Origin: Eledone cirrhosa
Taxonomy: Eukaryota
Reading direction: 5' to 3'
Length of the DNA stretch: 64,000 nucleotides
Assembly: GCA_964016885.1 (NCBI GenBank)
Contig: OZ024740.1
Span: forward strand, 79,546,001-79,610,000
In this document: in pieces, positions 52,601 to 64,000 of the stretch
How positions within the stretch are numbered: position 1 is the stretch's first letter
How the letters are laid out: each line of letters opens with the position of its first letter
The notes under the pieces: generated by a model
What the model was told of the DNA's origin: nothing
The model's input: the letters and a program-made list of their open reading frames with translations, nothing else
The model's database searches: none
Position numbers and translations under genes: made by a program

Positions 52601-55600
52601 ATAAAGACAGCCTTCAAAATTGAGACACTGAAGACAGCCACCAAAATTGAGACACTGAAGATAACCATTAAAATAGAGAGACTGAAGACAGCAACTAAAA
52701 TTGAGACACTGAAGATAACACACTAAAATTGAGAAACTAAGACAGCCACCAAAATTGAGACACTAAGACAGCCACAAAAGTTGAGAGACTGCAGACAGCC
52801 ACAAAAATTGAGACACTGAAGACAGCCACTAAAATTGGGACACTGAAGACAGTCACCAACATCAAAACGCTGAAGAGAGCCACCAAAATTCAGACAACGA
52901 TGACAGCCACTAAAATTGAGACACTGAAGACAGTCACCCAAATTGAGACACTGGAGACAGCCAGTAAAATTGAGACACTGATGATAACTACCTAAAATGA
53001 GAAAATGAAGACAGCCACCAAAATTGAGTCAATGAAGACAGCCAGCAAAATTGAGACACTTAGACAGCCACTAAAATTGAGACACTGAAGATAATCACCA
53101 AATCTGAGACACTGAAGACAGCCACTAAAATTGAGACACTGAAGACAGACACCAACATTGAGACATTGAAGATAGTCACCAAAATTGTGAAACTAAAGAC
53201 AGCCTCCAAAATTGAGACACTGAAGACAGCCACCAAAATCGAGACACTGGAGACATCCACCAAAATTGAGATACTGAAGACAGCCAGCAAAATTGAAACA
53301 TTGAAGACAGCCAGCAAAATTGAGACACTGAAGACAGCCAGCAAAATTGAGACACTGAAGAAAGCCACCAAAACTTAGACATTGACGACAGTCACCAAAA
53401 TAGATACAATGAAGACAATCTTCACAAAATTAGGCATTGAAGATAGCCACAAAAATAGAGACACTGAAAACAGCCACCAAATGTGAGACACTGAAGACAG
53501 CCACCAAAACTGAGACACGGAAGATAGCCCCCAAAGTTGAGACACTGAAGACAGCCACCAAGATTGAGACATTGAAGACAGCCACCAAGATTGAGACACT
53601 AAGAGAGCCACCAAAATTGAGACACTGAAGATAGCCACTAATATTGAGACACTGAAGACAGCCTTCAAAATTGAGACACTGAAGCCAGCGACCGAAACTG
53701 AGACACTGAAGATAGAAACCAATATTGAGACAGTGAAGACAGCCACCAAAATTGAGACACAGAAGACAGCCCCCAAAGTTGAGACACTGAAGACAGCCAC
53801 CAAAACTGAGACACTGAAGACAGCCTTCAAAATTGAGACAGTAAGACAACCACCAAAACTGAGACACTGAAGACAGCCTTCAAAATTGAGACGCTGAAGC
53901 CAGCCACCAAAATTAGACACTGAGTTTAGCCACCAAAATTGAGACACTGAAGAAAGCCACCAAAATTGAGACATTGAAGACAGCCACCAAAATTGAGACT
54001 CTAAGACAGCCACCAAAAATGAGACACGACAGATAGCTACTAAAATTGAGACACTGAAGAAAGCCACCAAAACTGAGACACTGAAGACAGCCACCAAAAT
54101 TGAGACATTAAGACAGCTACCAAAATTGAGACACTAAGACAGCCTCAAAAATAAGGAGACTGAAGACAGCCACCAAAATTGAGACACTGAAGACACCCAC
54201 CAAAACTGAGACATTAAAGACACCCACCAAAACTGAGACAGTGAAGGCAGCCACCAAAAGTGAGACATTAAGAAAGCTACCAAAATTGAGACACTAAGAC
54301 AGCCACACAAATTGAGAGATTGCAGACATCCACAAAAATTGAGACACTGAAGGCAGCCATTAAAATTGGGACACTGAAGACAGTCACCAAGATCGGGACA
54401 CTGAAGAGAGTCACCAAAATTCTGACAACGAAGACAGCCACTAAAATTGAGACACTGAAGACAGCCACCAAAATTGAAACACTGAAGACAGCCACCAAAA
54501 TTGAGACACTGAAGACAGCCACCAAAATTTAGACACCGAAGACAGCCACTAAAATTGAGACACTGAAGACAGCCACCAAAACTGAGACATTGAAGATAGC
54601 CACCAAAATTGAGACATTGAAGACAGTCACCCAAATTGAGACACTGGAGACAGCCAGTAAAATTGAGACACTGATGATAACTACCTAAATTGAGAAAATG
54701 AAGATAGCGACCAAAATTGAGTCAATGAAGACAGCCAGCAAAATTGAGACGCTAAGACAGCCACTAAAATTGTGACACTGAAGACAGCCACTAAAATTGA
54801 GACACTGAAGATAATCACCAAATCTGAGACACTGAAGACAGCCACTAAAATTGAGACACTGAAGACAGCCACTAAAATTGAGACACTGAAGACAGACACC
54901 AACATTGAGACATTGAAGATAGTCACCAAAATTGTGACACTAAAGACAGCCTCCAAAATTGAGACACTGAAGACAGCCACAAAAATTGAGACACTGAAGA
55001 CAGCCACTAAAATTGGGACACTGAAGACAGTCACCAACATCGAAACGCTGAAGAGAGCCACCAAAATTCAGACAACGAAGACAGCCACTAAAATTGAGAC
55101 ACTGAAGACAGCCACCAAAACTGAGACATTGAAGATAGCCACCAAAATTGAGACATTGAAGACAGTCACCCAAATTGAGACACTGGAGACAGCCAGTAAA
55201 ATTGAGACACTGATGATAACTACCTAAAATGAGAAAATGAAGACAGCCACCAAAATTGAGTCAATGAAGACAGCCAGCAAAATTGAGACACTTAGACAGC
55301 CACTAAAATTGAGACACTGAAGACAGCCACTAAAATTGAGACACTGAAGATAATCACCAAACCTGAGACACTGAAGACAGCCACTAAAATTGAGACACTG
55401 AAGACAGCCACTAAAATTGAGACACTGAAGATAACCACTAAAATTGAGACACTGAAGACAGACACCAACATTGAGACATTGAAGATAGTCACCAAAATTG
55501 TGAAACTAAAGACAGCCTCCAAAATTGAGACACTGAAGACAGCCACCAAAATCGAGACACTGGAGACATCCACCAAAATTGAGATACTGAAGACAGCCAG

Positions 55601-58600
55601 CAAGATTGAAACATTGAAGACAGCCAGCAAAATTGAGACACTGAAGACAGCCAGCAAAATTGAGACACTGAAGAAAGCCACCAAAACTTAGACATTGACG
55701 ACAGTCACCAAAATAGATACAATGAAGACAATCTTCACAAAATTAGGCATTGAAGATAGCCACAAAAATAGAGACACTGAAAACAGCCACCAAATGTGAG
55801 ACACTGAAGACAGCCACCAAAACTGAGACACGGAAGATAGCCCCCAAAGTTGAGACACTGAAGACAGCCACCAAGATTGAGACATTGAAGACAGCCACCA
55901 AGATTGAGACACTAAGAGAGCCACCAAAATTGAGACACTGAAGACAGCCTTCAAAATTGAGACAGTAAGACAACCACCAAAACTGAGACACTGAAGACAG
56001 CCTTCAAAATTGAGACACTGAAGACAGCCACCAAAACTGAGACACTGAAGACAGCCTTCAAAATTGAGACAGTAAGACAACCACCAAAACTGAGACACTG
56101 AAGACAGCCTTCAAAATTGAGACGCTGAAGCCAGCCACCAAAATTAGACACTGAGTTTAGCCACCAAAATTGAGACACTGAAGAAAGCCACCAAAATTGA
56201 GACATTGAAGACAGCCACCAAAATTGAGACTCTAAGACAGCCACCAAAAATGAGACACGACAGATAGCTACTAAAATTGAGACACTGAAGAAAGCCACCA
56301 AAACTGAGACACTGAAGACAGCCACCAAAATTGAGACATTAAGACAGCTACCAAAATTGAGACACTAAGACAGCCTCAAAAATAAGGAGACTGAAGACAG
56401 CCACCAAAATTGAGACACTGAAGACACCCACCAAAACTGAGACATTAAAGACACCCACCAAAACTGAGACAGTGAAGGCAGCCACCAAAAGTGAGACATT
56501 AAGAAAGCTACCAAAATTGAGACACTAAGACAGCCACACAAATTGAGAGATTGCAGACATCCACAAAAATTGAGACACTGAAGGCAGCCATTAAAATTGG
56601 GACACTGAAGACAGTCACCAAGATCGGGACACTGAAGAGAGTCACCAAAATTCTGACAACGAAGACAGCCACTAAAATTGAGACACTGAAGACAGCCACC
56701 AAAATTGAAACACTGAAGACAGCCACCAAAATTGAGACACTGAAGACAGCCACCAAAATTTAGACACCGAAGACAGCCACTAAAATTGAGACACTGAAGA
56801 CAGCCACCAAAATTGAGTCACTGAAGACAGCCACCAAAACTGAGACATTGAAGATAGCCACCAAAATTGAGACATTGAAGACAGTCACCCAAATTGAGAC
56901 ACTGGAGACAGCCAGTAAAATTGAGACACTGATGATAACTACCTAAATTGAGAAAATGAAGATAGCGACCAAAATTGAGTCAATGAAGACAGCCAGCAAA
57001 ATTGAGACGCTAAGACAGCCACTAAAATTGAGACACTGAAGACAGCCACTAAAATTGAGACACTGAAGATAATCACCAAATCTGAGACACTGAAGACAGC
57101 CACTAAAATTGAGACACTGAAGACAGCCACTAAAATTGAGACACTGAAGACAGACACCAACATTGAGACATTGAAGATAGTCACCAAAATTGTGACACTA
57201 AAGACAGCCTCCAAAATTGAGACACTGAAGACAGCCACAAAAATTGAGACACTGAAGACAGCCACTAAAATTGGGACACTGAAGACAGTCACCAACATCG
57301 AAACGCTGAAGAGAGCCACCAAAATTCAGACAACGAAGACAGCCACTAAAATTGAGACACTGAAGACAGCCACCAAAACTGAGACATTGAAGATAGCCAC
57401 CAAAATTGAGACATTGAAGACAGTCACCCAAATTGAGACACTGGAGACAGCCAGTAAAATTGAGACACTGATGATAACTACCTAAAATGAGAAAATGAAG
57501 ACAGCCACCAAAATTGAGTCAATGAAGACAGCCAGCAAAATTGAGACACTTAGACAGCCACTAAAATTGAGACACTGAAGACAGCCACTAAAATTGAGAC
57601 ACTGAAGATAATCACCAAATCTGAGACACTGAAGACAGCCACTAAAATTGAGACACTGAAGACAGCCACTAAAATTGAGACACTGAAGATAACCACTAAA
57701 ATTGAGACACTGAAGACAGACACCAACATTGAGACATTGAAGATAGTCACCAAAATTGTGAAACTAAAGACAGCCTCCAAAATTGAGACACTGAAGACAG
57801 CCACCAAAATCGAGACACTGGAGACATCCACCAAAATTGAGATACTGAAGACAGCCAGCAAGATTGAAACATTGAAGACAGCCAGCAAAATTGAGACACT
57901 GAAGACAGCCAGCAAAATTGAGACACTGAAGAAAGCCACCAAAACTTAGACATTGACGACAGTCACCAAAATAGATACAATGAAGACAATCTTCACAAAA
58001 TTAGGCATTGAAAATAGCCACAAAAATAGAGACACTGAAAACAGCCACCAAATGTGAGACACTGAAGACAGCCACCAAAACTGAGACACGGAAGATAGCC
58101 CCCAAAGTTGAGACACTGAAGACAGCCACCAAGATTGAGACATTGAAGACAGCCACCAAGATTGAGACACTAAGAGAGCCACCAAAATTGAGACACTGAA
58201 GATAGCCACTAATATTGAGACACTGAAGACAGCCTTCAAAATTGAGACACTGAAGCCAGCGACCGAAACTGAGACACTGAAGATAGAAACCAATATTGAG
58301 ACAGTGAAGACAGCCACCAAAATTGAGACACAGAAGACAGCCCCCAAAGTTGAGACACTGAAGACAGCCACCAAAACTGAGACACTGAAGACAGCCTTCA
58401 AAATTGAGACAGTAAGACAACCACCAAAACTGAGACACTGAAGACAGCCTTCAAAATTGAGACGCTGAAGCCAGCCACCAAAATTAGACACTGAGTTTAG
58501 CCACCAAAATTGAGACACTGAAGAAAGCCACCAAAATTGAGACATTGAAGACAGCAACCAAAATTGAGACTCTAAGACAGCCACCAAAAATGAGACACGA

Positions 58601-61600
58601 CAGATAGCTACTAAAATTGAGACACTGAAGAAAGCCACCAAAACTGAGACACTGAAGACAGCCACCAAAATTGAGACATTAAGACAGCTACCAAAATTGA
58701 GACACTAAGACAGCCTCAAAAATAAGGAGACTGAAGACAGCCACCAAAATTGAGACACTGAAGACACCCACCAAAATTGAGACATTAAAGACACCCACCA
58801 AAACTGAGACAGTGAAGGCAGCCACCAAAAGTGAGACATTAAGAAAGCTACCAAAATTGAGACACTAAGACAGCCACACAAATTGAGAGATTGCAGACAT
58901 CCACAAAAATTGAGACACTGAAGGCAGCCATTAAAATTGGGACACTGAAGACAGTCACCAAGATCGGGACACTGAAGAGAGTCACCAAAATTCTGACAAC
59001 GAAGACAGCCACTAAAATTGAGACAATGAAGACAGCCACCAAAATTGAAACACTGAAGACAGCCACCAAAATTGAGACACTGAAGACAGCCACCAAAATT
59101 TAGACACCGAAGACAGCCACCAAAATTGAGTCACTGAAGACAGCCACCAAAACTGAGACATTGAAGATAGCCACCAAAATTGAGACATTGAAGACAGTCA
59201 CCCAAATTGAGACACTGGAGACAGCCAGTAAAATTGAGACACTGATGATAACTACCTAAATTGAGAAAATGAAGATAGCGACCAAAATTGAGTCAATGAA
59301 GACAGCCAGCAAAATTGAGACGCTAAGACAGCCACTAAAATTGAGACACTGAAGACAGCCACTAAAATTGAGACACTGAAGATAATCACCAAATCTGAGA
59401 CACTGAAGACAGCCACTAAAATTGAGACACTGAAGACAGCCACTAAAATTGAGACACTGAAGACAGACACCAAAATTGAGATACTGAAGACAGCCAGCAA
59501 AATTGAAACACTGGAGACAGCCAGCAAAATTGAGACACTGAAGACAGCCAGCAAAATTGAGACACTGAAGACAGCCAGCAAAACTGAGACATTGAGGACA
59601 GCTACAAAATCTGAGACACTGAAAAAGCCACCAAAACTGAGACACGGTAGATAGCCCCTAACGTTGAGACACTGAAGACAGCCACCAAAATTGAGACACT
59701 GAAGACAGCCACTAAAATTGAGACACTGAAGATCGCCACTAAAATTGAGACACTAAAAACAGCCACCAAAATTGAGTCACTGAAGAAAGCCACCAAAACT
59801 GAGACATTGACGACAGTCACCAAAATAGAGACAATGAAGACAGTCTTCAAAATTGAAACATTGAAGATAGCCACCAAAATTGAGACACTGAAAACAGCCA
59901 CCAAAACTAACACACGGAAGATAGCCCCCAAAGTTGAGACACTGAAGACAGCCACCAAAACTGAGACACTGAAGACAGCCTTTAAATTTGAAACACTGAA
60001 GCCAGCCACCAAAACTCAGACACTGAAGGTAGCCACCAAAATTGCATTAAAGACAGCCACCACAATTGAGCCACAGAAGATAGCCACCAAAATTGAAGCA
60101 TTGAAGACAGTCACCAACCTTGAGAGACTCTTAAGAGCCACCAAAATTCAGACACCGAAGACAGCCACTAAAATTGAGACACTGAAGACAGCCACAAAAT
60201 CTGAGACACTGAAGAAAGCCACCAAAACTGAGTCACTGAAGAAAGCCACCAAAATTGAGACAATGACGACAGTCACCAAAATAGAGACAATTAAGACAGT
60301 CTTCAAAAAATTGAGACATTGAAGATAGCCACCAAAATAGAGACACTGAAAATAGCCACCAAATGTGATACACTGAAGACAGCCACCAAAACTTAGACAC
60401 GGAAGATAGCCCCAAATGTTGAGACACTGAAGACAGCCACCAAAACTGAGACACTGAAGAAAGCCTTCAGAATTGAGACACTGAAGCCAGCCACCAAGAT
60501 TGAGACATTGAAGACAGCCACCAAGATTGAGACACTAAGAGAGCCACCAAAATTGAGTCACTGAAGATAGCCACTAATATTGAGACACTGAAGACAGCCT
60601 TCAAAATTGAGACACTGAAGCCAGTGACCAAAACTGAGACCATGGAGATAGTCACGAATATTGAGACAGTGAAGACAGCCACCAAAATTGAGACACGGAA
60701 GACAGCCCCCAAAGTTGAGACACTGAAGACAGCCACCAAAACTGAGACACTGAAGACAGCCTTCAAAATTGAGACACTAAGACAACCACCAAAACTGAGA
60801 CACTGAAGACAGCCTTCAAAATTGAGACGCTGAAGCCAGCCACCAAAATTAGACACTGAGGTTAGCCACCAAAATTGAGACACTGAAGAAAGCCACCAAA
60901 ATTGAGACATTAAAGACAGCCACAAAATTGAGACGCTAAGACAGCCACCAAAATTGAGACATTGAAGACAGCCATCAAAATTGAGACACTAAGACAGCCA
61001 CCAAAAGTGAGACACGGCAGATAGCTACTAAAATTGAGACACTGTAGAAAGCCACCAAAATTGAGACACTGAAGACAGCCACCAAAATTGTGACATTAAG
61101 ACAGCTACCAAAATTGAGACACTAAGACAGGCTAAAAAATTAGGAGACTGAAGACAGCCACCAAAATTGAGACACTGAAGACAGCCACTAAAATTGAGAC
61201 ACTGAAGATAACCACTAAAATTGAGACATCGAAGGCAGCCACCAAAGTTGAGACACTAAAGACACCTACCAAAACTGAGACAGTGAAGGCAGCCACCAAA
61301 ATTGAGACATTAAGAAAGCTACCAAAATTGAGACACTAAGACAGCCACAAAAATTGAGAGACTGCAGACAGCCACCAAAATTGAGACACTGAAGACAGCC
61401 ACAAAAATTGGGACACTGAAGAGAGTCACCAACATCGAGACACTGAAGAGAGCGCACCAAAATTCAGACAACGAAGACAGCCAATAAAATTGAGAAACTG
61501 AAGACAGCCACCAAAATTTAGACACCGAAGACAGCCACTAAAATTGAGACACTGATGACAGCCACCAAAATTGAGTCACTGAAGACAGCCACCAAAACTG

Positions 61601-64000
61601 AGACGTTGAAGATAGCCACCAAAATTGAGACATTGAAGACAGTCACCCAAATTGAGACAATGGAGACAGCCAGTAAAATTGAGACACTGATGATAACTAC
61701 CTAAATTGAGAAAATGAAGACAGCCAGCAAATTTGAGACACTAAGATAGCCACTAAAATTGAGACACTGAAGACAGCCACTAAAATTGAGACACTGAAGA
61801 TAATCACCAAATCTGAGACACTGAAGACAGCCACTAAAATTGAGACACTGAAGACAGCCACTAAAATTGAGACACTGAAGACAGACACCAACATTGAGAC
61901 ATTGAAGATAGTCACCAAAATTGTGTCACTAAAGACGCCTCCAAAATTGAGACACTGAAGACAGCCACCAAAATCGAGACACTGGAGACATCCACCAAAA
62001 TTGAGATACTGAAGACAGCCAGCAAAATTGAAACATTGAAGACAGCCAGCAAAATTGAGACACTGAAGACAGCCAGCAAAATTGAGACACTGAAGACAGC
62101 CAGCAAAACTGAGACATTGAGGACAGCTACAAAATCTGAGACACTGAAAAAGCCACGAAAACTGAGACACGGTAGATAGCCCCTAACGTTGAGACACTGA
62201 AGACAGGCACCAAAATTGAGACACTGAAGACAGCCACTAAAATTGAGACACTGAAGAAAGACACCAAAATTAACACTAAAAACAGCCACCAAAATTGAGT
62301 CACTGAAGAAAGCCACCAAAACTGAGACATTGACGACAGTCACCAAAATAGAGACAATGAAGACAGTCTTCAAAATTGATACATTGAAGATAGCCACCAA
62401 AATTGAGAACTGAAAACAGCCACCAAATGTGAGACACTGAAGACAGCCAGCAAAACTAAGACACGGAAGATAGCCCTCAAAGTTGAGACACTGAAGACAG
62501 CCACCAAAACTGACACACTGAAGACAGCCTTTAAAATTGAAACACTGAAGCCAGCCACCAAAACTGAGACACTGAAGGTAGCCACGAAAATTGAGACATT
62601 AAAGACAGCCACCAAGATTGAGACATTGAAGGCAGCCACCAAGATGGAGACACTAAGAGAGCCACCCAAATTGAGACACTGAAGACGACCACCAAATGTG
62701 AGACACTGAAGTCACCCACCAAAATTGAGACATTAAAGACAGCCACCACAATTGAGCCACAGAAGATAGCCACCAAAATTGAAGCATTGAAGACAGTCAC
62801 CAACATTGAGACATTGAAGATAGCCCCCAAAGTTGAGACACTAAGAGAACCACCAAAATTGAGACACTGAAGATAGCCACTAATATTGAGACACTGAAGA
62901 CAGCCTTCAAAATTGAGACACTGAAGCCAGCGACTAAAACTGAGCCACTGAAGATAGTCACCAATATTGAGACGGTGAAGAAAACCACCAAAACTGAGAC
63001 ACTGAAGACAGCCTTCAAAATTGAGACGCTGAAGCCAGCCACCAAAATTAGACACTGAGGTTAGCCACCAAAATTCAGACACTGAAGGAAGCCACCAAAA
63101 TTGAGACATTGAAGACAGCCACAAAATTGAGACGCTAAGACAGCCACCAAAATTGAGACATTGAAGACAGCCACCAAAATTGAGACGCTAAGACAGCCAC
63201 TAAAATTGAGACACTGAAGACAGACACCAACATAGAGACATTGAAGATAGTCACCAAAATTGTGACACTAAAGACAGCCTCCAAAATTGAGACACTGAAG
63301 ATAACCACTAAAATTGAGACACTGAAGACAGACACCAACATTGAGACATTGAAGATAGTCACCAAATTGTGACACTAAAGACAGCCTCCAAAATTGAGAC
63401 ACTGAAGACATCCACCAAAATTGAGATACTGAAGACAGCCAGCAAAATTGAAACACTGAAGACAGCCAGCAAAATTGAGACACTGAAGACAGCCAGCAAA
63501 ATTGAGACACTGAAGACAGCCAGCAAAACTGAGACATTGAGGACAGCTACAAAATCTGAGACACTGAACAAGCCACCAAAACTGAGACACGGTAGATAGC
63601 CCCTAACGTTGAGATACTGAAGACAGCCACCAAAATTAACACACTAAAAACAGCCACCAAAATTGAGTCACTGAAGAAAGCCACTAAAACTGAGAAATTG
63701 ACGACAGTCACCAAAATAGAGACAATGAAGCCAGTCTTCAAAATTGAGACATTGAAGATAGCCACCAAAATTGAGACACTGAAAACAGCCACCAAATGTG
63801 AGACACTGAAGACACCCACCAAAACCGAGACATTAAAGACAGCCACCACAATTGAGCCACAGAAGATAGCCACCAAAATTGAAGCATTGAAGACAGTCAC
63901 CAACATTGAGTCACTGAAGAGTGCCACCAAAATTCAGACACCGAAGACAGCCACTAAAATTGAGACACTCAAGACAGCCACCAAAATTGAGACACTGAAG
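49632..64000. repeat. 27-bp satellite array (>14 kb, runs off the window) with ~2.2-2.4 kb higher-order repeats
   Basis: Monomer AAAATTGAGACACTGAAGACAGCCACC with 26-bp variants; rare variants recur at 53401/55714/57972 and 54150/56381/58721. Confidence 0.97.

Noticed and set aside
49632-64000. Mucin-like KIETLKTAT or Cys-rich GGCLQCLNF repeat protein
   Set aside because: Frequent 26-bp monomers and stops break every frame; the ORFs are a by-product of a 27-bp period.

Overview
AT-rich, repeat-dense animal genomic DNA. The SINE/LINE repertoire and (TA)n/(CA)n load suggest a coleoid cephalopod such as Octopus; this is inference, not a database result. The only host gene seen is the last two coding exons of a PMP22/EMP/claudin-type tetraspan gene on the + strand (17658-17801, 18029-18228), with a probably long 3' UTR. 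The rest is mobile and tandem DNA: a nearly intact Chapaev3-type transposon (7596-9787) nested at the start codon of a DD37D/maT element (6836-9921); fragments of RTE, R4/Dong, CR1 and CRE-like LINEs; tRNA-derived SINEs; several MITE families; minisatellites; fold-backs; minimal Penelope-type hammerhead ribozymes; and a >14 kb 27-bp satellite with ~2.3 kb higher-order repeats (49632-64000). Most notable: a TA-flanked MITE present five times, three copies hit by RTE-type retroposons within the same ~20 bp, one of them with a twin-priming-like 5' inversion. Coordinates were read by eye; those of degraded repeats are approximate.
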